58,697 nucleotides of DNA, from contig JAJYJW010000002.1 in assembly GCA_021789155.1 (NCBI GenBank), positions 1-58,697 on the forward strand. Direction: 5' to 3'. This stretch comes from Candidatus Micrarchaeota archaeon (lineage in GTDB: Archaea; Micrarchaeota; Micrarchaeia; Micrarchaeales; CABMGC01). The notes below the pieces were generated by a model. That model was not told the origin of the DNA and searched no databases. It saw only the letters and a list, made by a program, of their open reading frames with translations. A program made the position numbers and the translations under genes. Positions 8,421 to 17,168 of this stretch are shown here, piece by piece. Positions within the stretch are counted from its first letter, which is position 1; each line of letters starts with the position of its first letter.

Positions 8421-8778
8421 TGAGATATGTTATTGTGCAGTGACTTGAAAGCTCAATCAGCCTTAGTTCTGCCTTAATTTTCTCAGTGAAGCTTTTTCCG
8501 AAATGTTGTTTGAGATTTACCTGCACTGCGTTAACGCCTTTAACCTGTTTAAATGTAGCGATAGTCGTATCCTTGCCCCGCATGTGAACTACTAGCTTTG
8601 TTTCGCTTCCGCGTAGAAAGCCCGGTTCTTTCACGCTATACGTAATTTCTCCTGCGGCCCTTATCGGTTGCTCGTTGTTGAGTTGCTTTGAAAGGATGAA
8701 TGCCACGTTTTTATCTAGTCCTTCTCTTACTCTAAAAGTACCATCTGAAGGCTGAACTCTGTGTCCATGCGTTACCAT
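8392..8778 (-). CDS. hypothetical protein
   Basis: 128-aa ORF whose 3' end overlaps the start of the transglutaminase-like gene by 29 nt (operon-like); no motif recognised. Confidence 0.45.
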   Translation of the reverse strand: MVTHGHRVQPSDGTFRVREGLDKNVAFILSKQLNNEQPIRAAGEITYSVKEPGFLRGSETKLVVHMRGKDTTIATFKQVKGVNAVQVNLKQHFGKSFTEKIKAELRLIELSSHCTITYLNDYAEQKRN

Positions 8779-8829
8779 AAAATCACATTAAAATTGCGAA
8801 TTCTTTGTTGATAAATGTGTTTTGATATT

Positions 8830-8888
8830 CGTTTATTTTTAGACTTGTATGTTGATTAAAGCTCTTCACTTTGCATATTGACGAACCC
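8830..8888. repeat. direct repeat copy A (59 bp), includes the 3' end of the M20 peptidase gene
   Basis: cgtttatttttagacttgtatgttgattaaagctcttcactttgcatattgacgaaccc; recurs at 13162-13221 with one indel and one substitution. Confidence 0.9.
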
Positions 8889-10092
8889 TCGTACCCTGCC
8901 GGATCAGTCCCGTTATGAATTTCTTGACTCTATCGAACTCGGCAAGCGACACGTACTCGTTGGACTGGTGCGCGCTATCGTTGGCAAGGCCATAGCTTAC
9001 CGAAGGTATGCCTGCATTGTTAAGCCAGCTGCTATCATTGCCTACGAACGCGTAGTAGAGCTTGTTTGTACCCAGTATGCTCTTCGCCGCTCTCGCTATA
9101 TCCGAATCTGGATCAGCGCGCCCGTTCGCCATCATGTGCGTTATCTCCAACGCGATCTTCACCTCGTGGTTTCCATGCTTCCTTTTAACCGCGCCAAAGA
9201 TGCTCTCGAATTCGGCTAGCGCGTCTTTCATGTCGCCTTCGGGCTCTACTCGAAGATCGAACCACGCAGTCAATTCGTTGGGGATGTTGTTGCCCGCATT
9301 GCCCGCGTGCATCATCGTTAGAGAAAACCTACGCCCAACAGGTTTTTCCACAGGCATCTTCGTGCTTGGATCAATGTACAATCCCGGGAAGCGCGATGCG
9401 CCCACGCCATGCGCATTCATCGCATTAAGGTCGTCGAATATAGAAAGCGAAGCGTCTATTGGATTTTTCGCGAGGAAGGGATATCCCGCATGATGTCCTC
9501 TGCCCCTTATCGTTATGGTGCCTCCAAAACCTCCACTCGTTCCTATCAGAAGATGCGGATCCGCGTCTATCACCACTGCACTGGTGCTCCTTATGCGCGC
9601 GCGTTCCTTGTTGACCACGTATGCCATGCCGAACTTTGATCCTACCTCTTCATCGCAAGTGAAGAACAGCTCCAGGTTGACCATTCTATTTTTGGCTTCA
9701 CTGGCAGCAGCGAGTATCGCAGCTATCCCTCCCTTGTCATCGTTAGTGCCGCGGCCAAACGCCTTGCCGCGGATTGTCTTAAGCTCAAAGGGGTCGGTTC
9801 TCCAGCCATCCGCTTCCCTGTCTGCTGGAAGGGCGTCGAAATGGGCGCACAGAGCCAAGGTTTCCTTGGTATCGTCGTCCCCAAGCCGTGCGATTAGATT
9901 AGGGCGAGGTTTTCCATCCGGAATCTCACTTCTACGGGGTCTTACGAATCGTACTTCCGCGCCTATTGCCTCGCACTCCTCCGCTATCAACTTGGCGACC
10001 TTCTCGTAGTTCCTTGCGTCCCTAGTTGTAGTGTCTATAGAGACCAGGTCGCCAAGGAGGTTCATATCGTGCTTGTTTGGCATGCCCATCAC
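8866..10092 (-). CDS. M20-family metallopeptidase (ArgE/DapE-like deacylase)
   Basis: LALCAHFDALPA, GRGTNDDKGGIAAILAA and FTCDEEVGS match the M20 metal-binding and catalytic blocks. Confidence 0.8.
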   Translation of the reverse strand: MMGMPNKHDMNLLGDLVSIDTTTRDARNYEKVAKLIAEECEAIGAEVRFVRPRRSEIPDGKPRPNLIARLGDDDTKETLALCAHFDALPADREADGWRTDPFELKTIRGKAFGRGTNDDKGGIAAILAAASEAKNRMVNLELFFTCDEEVGSKFGMAYVVNKERARIRSTSAVVIDADPHLLIGTSGGFGGTITIRGRGHHAGYPFLAKNPIDASLSIFDDLNAMNAHGVGASRFPGLYIDPSTKMPVEKPVGRRFSLTMMHAGNAGNNIPNELTAWFDLRVEPEGDMKDALAEFESIFGAVKRKHGNHEVKIALEITHMMANGRADPDSDIARAAKSILGTNKLYYAFVGNDSSWLNNAGIPSVSYGLANDSAHQSNEYVSLAEFDRVKKFITGLIRQGTRVRQYAK

Positions 10093-10553
10093 TCACGTTC
10101 CGTCTCGATATCGCCAATCTCTGCGGCCAGCGTTTCGACCAAGCTGCGTATCTGCTTCGCAATCCGAAGCGTGCTGTCGAAATCCTCGTCTGCCGGATCC
10201 TTTATCTCCCATATGCGCATTTTGGGATTGTTCCGCAGGTAATCCGGCATCTCGTCTAAAGAGGTCATGAACACTATTATATTGGCAGATTCCGCTGCTT
10301 CCCGTGTCAGTTGCTTCGATTCCCTCGCAGAGACATCGAAGCCCAGTTCGCGCATCGCTTTCGTTACCTTTGGGCCTGCCTCGCCTATCGTGCGACCTTC
10401 GTATTTCTTCAGACGAGCGGATGCTCCTGCGCTCGACGCAAGATCCGATCCGGCAAGCGCATTGAAGAACGCCTCAGCCATCTGGCTGCGGCCGACATTG
10501 GCACTGCACACAAATAATATTTTTGCGTTTTTCATACCTACACCATAATTCAA
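10089..10553 (-). CDS. low-molecular-weight phosphotyrosine phosphatase / ArsC-family protein
   Basis: P-loop ILFVCSANVGRSQMAE (CX5R-S); 4-nt overlap with the downstream peptidase gene; the likely true start is the MKNAKILFVC methionine. Confidence 0.75.
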   Translation of the reverse strand: MNYGVGMKNAKILFVCSANVGRSQMAEAFFNALAGSDLASSAGASARLKKYEGRTIGEAGPKVTKAMRELGFDVSARESKQLTREAAESANIIVFMTSLDEMPDYLRNNPKMRIWEIKDPADEDFDSTLRIAKQIRSLVETLAAEIGDIETERE

Positions 10554-10569
10554 AACTTTCGATCGCGCA

Positions 10570-12555
10570 TCATCTCTTCAGTTGCCTGAAAGGTATACCC
10601 AACCCCATTATTAAGTTGGCCATGTGCGAGGTAATATTGTCGCGGGATTCGATTCCTGCTATGTTGTCCTTGTTGCCGAAAATTAATTCTACTGCATGCT
10701 CCTTGTCTGCATTGAGACATGCATCCACCGATATAATTGCCTTCTGTCTCAATAATTCCTTGATGCTGTGTATATCTTGCACCTCGACCTTCTCAACGTC
10801 GCTCGGGAATTGCACGGCATTGGAAGCTTTTGCCATCCTTCTCATCTGGACTACGTTGAGCCTTCCGTTTTTCACCAGTTCGAGGTCTATAGGCCCAAAA
10901 GTATCGAACAGCTTCAGCAGGTCCGCCTTTGCGTTGCCAAGGCCTGCTTTTTCCAGAACTTCACCTAGGGTCCCGGAGAACTCCTTTCCGCTTCCGTTCA
11001 CCGCAGCTTCGGGAGTGTCCGCAAAGCTCAGGCTGGCATCGACTTCGTCACGGATGAAAAGGACGATCCCTTGCCCCGCAACCCTTTCCTGCAGCACTAC
11101 CCCACCAAGCGCGTCTTTTGGTATTCCGATTTCCTCTTTCATCCTACCCGCATTCTCTGCAGTAAAACTGCGTACAACTTGGCTTATCGCGGATTCGAGT
11201 TTCGTCTTTTTGTCGATTGGAACGCTTTCGAATACACCTGCAAAATTGCTGTGGGAATCTTCTCCTATCGCGCTTGACCTTGAGATGCCGACCCAACTAA
11301 AATCCGTATCTTTCAGTTTCCTTTTAAGCAGGGATTGCCGTTCAAGGCCTACGCTACTTATGACTACGAACCGCGGAACTTGCAGATTCAATCCGAGCAC
11401 TTCTATCGCCTCCTTCACCGACTTCAGCCCCTGGGCCTTGCCACCTACCAAGGAATTTGGAAAGAAGGAATCCTCTGGATTGATTATGACGAAATCTTCC
11501 ATTGATTTTTCTTTTGCGTCTAACAGTTCCTTCTTCAGTCTATGCACGTTGGAGGCCTTCGCGTTCATCGTGCGTTCATCCATTACTTTTTCCAGTAGCC
11601 TGACAGTGGCTATGCCCTTTGGCGAAGTCGCATCCTTTATGCCAAGCACCTCTGCGTTGCCTGCCATCTCCGCAATCGTTTTCGCAGGAGAGCACACCGA
11701 ATCGAACGTGTCGCCGAGCGAATCGCCGGATTTGAGGCGCAGCCTGGTCCAATTATGGAATCTTATCAGGCTGTTGAAGAAGCTCGATATCTCGCCGTTG
11801 GTTTTGAAATCCGTGTTGCGGACTTCCTTCACGAGCTTCAGCACCTCATCCGCATCCACCTCTTTGCATCCGTGTATGGATCGAAGCACCTCTGTGATGT
11901 GCGTCATTTCCTCAAAATCCCTGCCCACGACAGATGCGAGGCATAGCAGTATTTCCTTTCCCTTCTCGCTTTTCGCATCGATTCCAGTCAGCAGATTAAG
12001 GTTTTCCAGCATGTCCAGTATGCCACTCTCAACCGATCCTGCAAGGTTGAAGGAACCCACGAAGCCCTCTATACTATAGAAATTCTGCATAGCTTCCCAT
12101 GCGGCCACGAACCTATCTGCGCCCTCTTCCACGTTTCGTATTTCTCCCAATTCTTTCCATTTGAGCGCTATGGCCCTGTCGGTAATGATGCTGTCTGCGA
12201 ACAGTTTTTCCAGGTTGAAATTCAGGTTCTTTTCAAACAAAGCTGATTTGGCTGCGAAATCTGGATCCTTCCTCGCCAACGATTCCACCGTTGTGCCAGT
12301 CTTCTTTGCTTCTGCAAGAAGCTCGTCAACGCGCTCCGCTGAATTTAACGCGACCAACGACGGATGCAGCTCGAACGCGTGGAAACATTCGCCCAGGCCG
12401 TTGACTTCGAACTCCTTTTGGTCGAAGAAGCCCCCTCTCGCAAACAAGGAGTCTGTGTGTTGGGCTTGTTCGCGCCGTACCTCGCTTCCCAAAAAGTCCA
12501 ATGCCCTGCCACCTACCCTGCGTAAAGATTGCGTATTCATATTAACACCATACAC
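10570..12555 (-). CDS. PEP/pyruvate-binding (PPDK_N, ATP-grasp) domain protein with an unrecognised N-terminal half
   Basis: C-terminal half has LVGGKAQGLKSVKE...LQVPRFVVISS and SRSSAIGEDSHSNFAGVFESV, matching the PEP synthase/PPDK nucleotide-binding domain; no phosphohistidine swivel or PEP-utiliser TIM domain seen. Confidence 0.65.
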   Translation of the reverse strand: MYGVNMNTQSLRRVGGRALDFLGSEVRREQAQHTDSLFARGGFFDQKEFEVNGLGECFHAFELHPSLVALNSAERVDELLAEAKKTGTTVESLARKDPDFAAKSALFEKNLNFNLEKLFADSIITDRAIALKWKELGEIRNVEEGADRFVAAWEAMQNFYSIEGFVGSFNLAGSVESGILDMLENLNLLTGIDAKSEKGKEILLCLASVVGRDFEEMTHITEVLRSIHGCKEVDADEVLKLVKEVRNTDFKTNGEISSFFNSLIRFHNWTRLRLKSGDSLGDTFDSVCSPAKTIAEMAGNAEVLGIKDATSPKGIATVRLLEKVMDERTMNAKASNVHRLKKELLDAKEKSMEDFVIINPEDSFFPNSLVGGKAQGLKSVKEAIEVLGLNLQVPRFVVISSVGLERQSLLKRKLKDTDFSWVGISRSSAIGEDSHSNFAGVFESVPIDKKTKLESAISQVVRSFTAENAGRMKEEIGIPKDALGGVVLQERVAGQGIVLFIRDEVDASLSFADTPEAAVNGSGKEFSGTLGEVLEKAGLGNAKADLLKLFDTFGPIDLELVKNGRLNVVQMRRMAKASNAVQFPSDVEKVEVQDIHSIKELLRQKAIISVDACLNADKEHAVELIFGNKDNIAGIESRDNITSHMANLIMGLGIPFRQLKR

Positions 12556-12653
12556 TGATTGTTTTAGTGCTCGTACCGTCCCTTTATATGTTGCTGAATA
12601 AAATTCGAATAAATAACCAAAAACTTAATAAATATTGAAGAATATGCAATATT

Positions 12654-13103
12654 ATGAAAAACATCAAAAAAGAGCTGGTGGAACTGATGCACACTGGCTA
12701 CTGTTCGCCGAGGATAGTGGATCTCGCCAAAAAACTGAAAGAGCCTTCGACAACAATACATTACAACATAAAGCAGATGGAGAAGAGCAAGGAGATCAAA
12801 GCATTCAAGGCGGTGTTCGACTACAAGCTTATAGACGAGGGGCTATGCAACTATGTCCTGATAAACCTGACTCCTGATGAATATGGCAACCCCGAACGCA
12901 TCGGGAAGGAACTGGTCAGTTTTCCCCAGATAGAGAGCATAGACATAGCTACTGGCGGCTGGGAGATGATACTCAAAGTCAGGACGAAGGACGTTGACGA
13001 ATTTTATCAGTTCGTGAAGAACGTACTTTCGAAAAAAGGCATCGCGAAAACAACCTCACTAACCTCGTTAAAGCAATTGAAGACCGAATTCGTTGGAATT
13101 TGA
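12654..13103 (+). CDS. Lrp/AsnC-family transcriptional regulator
   Basis: N-terminal wHTH (IVDLAKKLKEPSTTIHYNIKQMEKSKEI) plus a C-terminal RAM/AsnC-type fold pattern (YVLINL...IESIDIATGGWEMILKVRTKDVDEFYQFV). Confidence 0.7.
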   Translation: MKNIKKELVELMHTGYCSPRIVDLAKKLKEPSTTIHYNIKQMEKSKEIKAFKAVFDYKLIDEGLCNYVLINLTPDEYGNPERIGKELVSFPQIESIDIATGGWEMILKVRTKDVDEFYQFVKNVLSKKGIAKTTSLTSLKQLKTEFVGI

Positions 13104-13161
13104 CTGCAGAGTGAATAGTGGTGTGGCATATAATCACATAAAATAGCGAATCCTTTATTGT

Positions 13162-13221
13162 CGTTTAGTTTTTAGACTTGTATGTCGATTAAAGCTCTTC
13201 ACTTTGCATATTGACGAACCC
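13162..13221. repeat. direct repeat copy B (60 bp)
   Basis: cgtttagtttttagacttgtatgtcgattaaagctcttcactttgcatattgacgaaccc; same orientation as copy A. Confidence 0.9.
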
Positions 13222-13266
13222 CAACTTCGTCTTTTTATAACTGTCAAATCTATTCGTAGTGATAAC

Positions 13267-13878
13267 ATGCTCGTAATGGACCATAAGAAGATTTCGGTGG
13301 TAGAAGAAGCACCTACAGAAACCACGCACATACAGATAGAAAGGTCAGACAAGAAAAGCGAGTACAAGACCGAGGCAATACAGGCAGTTTTGAGACCGTG
13401 TTTTGAAAACAATAAAATTGGGCAACCGATATCTATTTCGTATAACCTCGCAGAAGATCTTCTTAGAGCATCAGAGGAGTACAACAATATTGAGAGCATA
13501 GCGTGGAATGCTAACTATGCCGTTTTCAAGTATTACGAACAGAGTTTGCAGATAAGCGAAGAAGCGAAAAAAGAGTACGCAAGCCAGCTTTCAAATGCGT
13601 TAGAAGAAGGCGAACTAGTAATCAAAAAGTGCGCAAAATTATTCGAATACTTGAATGAAAAAGTAGAGATCAATGAAGGCAAAATGCCCTCGCAAATACT
13701 CGTTTTCTCAAATGATGGCGTTTCCAGCAAGCACTACGAACTTAATAATCTGATCGAACGTGATTGGGAGCACAGCAAGCTAAAGAGACGCTTGATCGAC
13801 ACAAAAAAGGCACTTGAAAGAATACCTAGTTCTACTGTTAATCTACTAAAAGAACAAAAACGAACTGCTCAGATTTAA
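13267..13878 (+). CDS. hypothetical protein (ORFan)
   Basis: The ORF-track frame opens at 13204 inside repeat copy B. The in-frame ATG at 13267 sits about 30 nt after ctttttataa (TATA-like) and is preferred. No motif recognised. Confidence 0.45.
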   Translation: MLVMDHKKISVVEEAPTETTHIQIERSDKKSEYKTEAIQAVLRPCFENNKIGQPISISYNLAEDLLRASEEYNNIESIAWNANYAVFKYYEQSLQISEEAKKEYASQLSNALEEGELVIKKCAKLFEYLNEKVEINEGKMPSQILVFSNDGVSSKHYELNNLIERDWEHSKLKRRLIDTKKALERIPSSTVNLLKEQKRTAQI

Positions 13879-13969
13879 TTTTTCTTAAATTATTTTAGCA
13901 AAACTAACAAATTTTTGGTCAAATTCAACAGCGATTAAATACCTGAAATTTCATAATTAATACGATTGC

Positions 13970-14602
13970 GTGGGGGTTATTACAATACAACAAGAGGATA
14001 GCGCAGCCTTGCATGTTGAGAAGCTGCATGGATTGGCCAGAGTGTTTAACAGATACGTTCTGAAAGAAATCGATATTAACAACTCCGCCAATTTCAAGGA
14101 CTCGGTAAGATCTTCGATTACTCCTAGCGAAGGGCTTGATAACCTTGAGCTGGAAAAAGCATCCGAGGCGATGGACGAGGAGATACTTTGGTGCAAATAC
14201 AATGTCAAAGATCCAAACGGCTCATTCGAGGTACTTGAAGCAACAGTAGACTTGGGCGAAAGCGTGCTAAGGGCTGCTAATGCCATACCTCATCCAGGCT
14301 ACCTTGCAACCGTATACCTTCACAACATAATAGCATCCGAGCACGTGATGCTCTTCACCGTTGCAGCCATAGAGGAGCAACAGGTACTTACTGAAAAGAT
14401 AACCGATCCTGCAAATAAGCTAGAAGAGAGCAAGTACAGATTTAAAATGACGCAACATATAAACGAAACGATAAGCAGGCTCGGAAGGATAGACAGAAAT
14501 CGCATTCCTTGGCAATTAAGCCTTAACAGGCTCACCGAACTTAATGCTTCAGCGCCAACAAAAACGGTCAACGATGCATCGCAGCAGCAGTCAGAGGTGT
14601 GA
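13970..14602 (+). CDS. hypothetical protein (ORFan, GTG start)
   Basis: 210-aa ORF with acidic, protein-like composition; the antisense ORFs are Ser/Leu-rich shadows. Confidence 0.45.
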   Translation: MGVITIQQEDSAALHVEKLHGLARVFNRYVLKEIDINNSANFKDSVRSSITPSEGLDNLELEKASEAMDEEILWCKYNVKDPNGSFEVLEATVDLGESVLRAANAIPHPGYLATVYLHNIIASEHVMLFTVAAIEEQQVLTEKITDPANKLEESKYRFKMTQHINETISRLGRIDRNRIPWQLSLNRLTELNASAPTKTVNDASQQQSEV

Positions 14603-15217
14603 CCTTAACAGGTTCGCCATTCTTTCCCGTTTCTCAATGTAATATGCGTTGGGAAATTCCCTTACATATATTGCAGCGTCATCGATGGAGTCGAACGTTT
14701 CCACGTCATAGTCGTGTTTGATTGAGAATTTGTTGTAAACCGCTACTTTGCCCTCTTCAAACCATATCTGGGTTGGCGGGGTCATGTCCTCCTTGATGTG
14801 CTTATGCTGCAGGGTAACCTCCATGTATGGTTCCGGAAGCCCAAGATACGCTGTCTCTGGGGAATTCTTAGGTGTTCTGTGTTTGAATATCCTTATCTTT
14901 GAACTAGGCACAGAGGGTATTAACTCTGATTTAAGTCGCTCGAGGTTTTTGAGCTCAATCTTTTTTACTTCGATGCTTTTGTCCGCGAATCTATGGTGTG
15001 GGAGAAGCGCCTCCTCGTCGTTACGTGGCATTTCTGCATCTGAAATGAGCATATGTGCCACTTCTTCTAGTACGTGCTTGGCTAGAGGAGATGGATTTGG
15101 ATCCAACTCGGTTATTTTTTTGATAAGAGCATTTACGTTTTCAACCCTTTGCTCCTTGCTTCCAAGCACACTGAAATTCGCGCCATTCTGGTTCTTACGC
15201 GATTCCTTCGTTTTCAT
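14591..15217 (-). CDS. hypothetical protein (ORFan)
   Basis: 208-aa charged ORF, convergent with 13970-14602 (12-nt overlap); antisense ORF 14748-15230 is Ser/Cys/Leu-rich. Confidence 0.5.
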   Translation of the reverse strand: MKTKESRKNQNGANFSVLGSKEQRVENVNALIKKITELDPNPSPLAKHVLEEVAHMLISDAEMPRNDEEALLPHHRFADKSIEVKKIELKNLERLKSELIPSVPSSKIRIFKHRTPKNSPETAYLGLPEPYMEVTLQHKHIKEDMTPPTQIWFEEGKVAVYNKFSIKHDYDVETFDSIDDAAIYVREFPNAYYIEKRERMANLLRSHL

Positions 15218-15284
15218 AAGACCATTTTGATTTTCAGCATATTTAAATATTGGGCATTATTCGTTCAGACGGAATAACTCTGAG

Positions 15285-15662
15285 CTACTCCTGCTCTGCC
15301 CTGGGTTTGTCTATTGGCAACCCATAGGGGAACAGGTAAACCTTGCCGCTTTGCGTGTCTATAGCCTCCATTTCTTTATGGGCGCGCAAATATCCCTTGA
15401 TATCTTGAACGTCAAGCATGATATTATGGCCTATATCAGCTAGATCCTGCTTCTTATCCTCTTTTGTGGGTTTTGCGTTGCCCTCCTCCGTAGACCTGAA
15501 TACAACCAGCATTGCGGATACATCGATGCCTAAATACTCCTTTAGCAATTCCTTTAGGCTTGACGCCTCCGCGGCTACTTTTTCGTTTTTAGCTCCGAGT
15601 ATTTTTGCGGTTTCGCTGTTCTGGTTTGGAAGTTTTTCCATATCCGTACTCTTCTTGCGCAT
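15285..15662 (-). CDS. hypothetical protein (ORFan)
   Basis: 125-aa charged ORF co-directional with 14591-15217. Confidence 0.5.
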   Translation of the reverse strand: MRKKSTDMEKLPNQNSETAKILGAKNEKVAAEASSLKELLKEYLGIDVSAMLVVFRSTEEGNAKPTKEDKKQDLADIGHNIMLDVQDIKGYLRAHKEMEAIDTQSGKVYLFPYGLPIDKPRAEQE

Positions 15663-15805
15663 TTCAATCGTATATGCTTACTAATTTGGATTGATAAATA
15701 ACATTCGATAATTGTTTATAACTGTGCAAGGCCTTTTGTTGAAATCAGAAATAGTTTTTAGACATTTTTATGTCTTATAAATTCTAACAAATCTTTAAAA
15801 ACCAA

Positions 15806-16258
15806 ATGAATAAATGTTTCATCAGTGTGCGAATGAAAATACTACGTAATCCGTTTGCAGCTCAACTGCCAACTGAGGAAGATAAATGTGCATCATGTAA
15901 ACGCGCATTTAGGAATGACGATATTTTCTTAAATGGCAAGAACGCTGCCAAGCTTCTTAGCAATTTCGAAATGTTCAAAGACTGCTTAAAGGGAAGATCA
16001 AAGCTGTTTTTGCATATGGAACCTTGCGCAAACGAGCTGAGACGCAATATTCCGGAAGAAGAAGCAAAACCACGCATTGCGATTTCTAAGCATGATTTGG
16101 TGGCATTTGCAGCTAATTCTCTTCCTGCAGTAGGAGCGGTTGCAATTATATGTGCAGACATGGCAGCGTATTTGGTAAATCCTGTGCTGTTTCTGATATT
16201 AATTTGCGCAAACCCTTTCGTGGGAATTAAAATAGCAGATTTTTATTTTGATAAATGA
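15806..16258 (+). CDS. hypothetical membrane protein with Cys-containing N-terminal domain
   Basis: CASC...C...C in the soluble N-terminal part; two C-terminal hydrophobic segments (AVGAVAIICADMAAYLV, VLFLILICANPFVGI). Confidence 0.45.
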   Translation: MNKCFISVRMKILRNPFAAQLPTEEDKCASCKRAFRNDDIFLNGKNAAKLLSNFEMFKDCLKGRSKLFLHMEPCANELRRNIPEEEAKPRIAISKHDLVAFAANSLPAVGAVAIICADMAAYLVNPVLFLILICANPFVGIKIADFYFDK

Positions 16259-16381
16259 ACGGTTTTTGGGCATGCATATTGCTTTTCTCAAATAATGTTA
16301 GTAAAACCAATATATACTTAGTATAACTAAAACTTGATACTAAACGCTTTAATGTGATGTGAACAAATATTGTTGATATAA

Positions 16382-16984
16382 GTGGTGGGTGTCATAGAGA
16401 TTACTAAAACAGCCAACGAGATACGCGATGCGCTAAAGAATACCGTAAAAGCGATAGACCCTATTGACGGCATCGAAAGCGAGCATAGAAAGGATGCGCT
16501 TGAATGGATAGCAAGCGGCGCTGAAGTGTACAGAATCGAGAAGCCGGACAAACCGCCGAAGCACTTTGTTTCCTATGTGGTGCCAGTAGATGTTGAGAAT
16601 AGGCTGGTGCTTCTAGTAGATCACATAAAAGCACGACTTTGGCTTCCTCCTGGCGGACATGTCGAACGCAACGAATTTCCTGATGAAACTGCCCGAAGAG
16701 AATGTCTGGAGGAACTTGGCATAACCGCAGAATTTCTGTTTGGTCCTAAGCCCTTCTTCATAACACAGGCTGTCACCGTAGGCCAAACCGCAGGCCATAC
16801 GGACGTGAGTTTATGGTATGTTATAAAAATGAACAGCAGGAAAGATGTAGTTTACGATAAACACGAATTCAATAGTATAAGGTGGTTTGGCTTCGAAGAG
16901 CTAATGTCAGTAAAACGCGATGATTTAGATCCGCATTTCATCAGATTCATGCGTAAATTGCAAAATCATCTGGCATTGCAATAA
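16382..16984 (+). CDS. NUDIX hydrolase
   Basis: Nudix box GGHVERNEFPDETARRECLEELGI (GX5EX7REUXEEXGU); GTG start. Confidence 0.7.
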   Translation: MVGVIEITKTANEIRDALKNTVKAIDPIDGIESEHRKDALEWIASGAEVYRIEKPDKPPKHFVSYVVPVDVENRLVLLVDHIKARLWLPPGGHVERNEFPDETARRECLEELGITAEFLFGPKPFFITQAVTVGQTAGHTDVSLWYVIKMNSRKDVVYDKHEFNSIRWFGFEELMSVKRDDLDPHFIRFMRKLQNHLALQ

Positions 16985-17027
16985 CACTAAAACTATTTTA
17001 GTATTACCAATATAATCTTGGTTGAGT

Positions 17028-17168
17028 ATGAATAAGCAACAAACTCGTCTATTTACTTCTCAAAACTTTGGAATATTAGTTTTTAGCATGTTTGGATTTT
17101 TGTTTTTCATTTCATTGAAACAAAAAAGCGATCAACAAAAAGCGTTCATTCCATTTTTTTGGAAATAA
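17028..17168 (+). CDS. possible small single-TM protein (46 aa)
   Basis: ATG 17028 to TAA 17166-17168: MNKQQTRLFTSQNFGILVFSMFGFLFFISLKQKSDQQKAFIPFFWK; below ORF-track cutoff; lies in an otherwise ORF-free 517-bp spacer. Confidence 0.25.
   Translation: MNKQQTRLFTSQNFGILVFSMFGFLFFISLKQKSDQQKAFIPFFWK

Noticed and set aside
10523-12079. 518-aa ORF on the plus strand, the second-longest ORF in this part of the window
   Set aside because: It lies entirely antisense to the 661-aa PPDK_N-domain gene, which has clear catalytic motifs. Its translation is low-complexity and Ser/Leu/Pro/Thr-rich, as is typical of shadow frames. The same reasoning applies to the antisense ORFs 8878-10009, 2445-3155, 30272-30922, 32701-33801 and 25310-25696.
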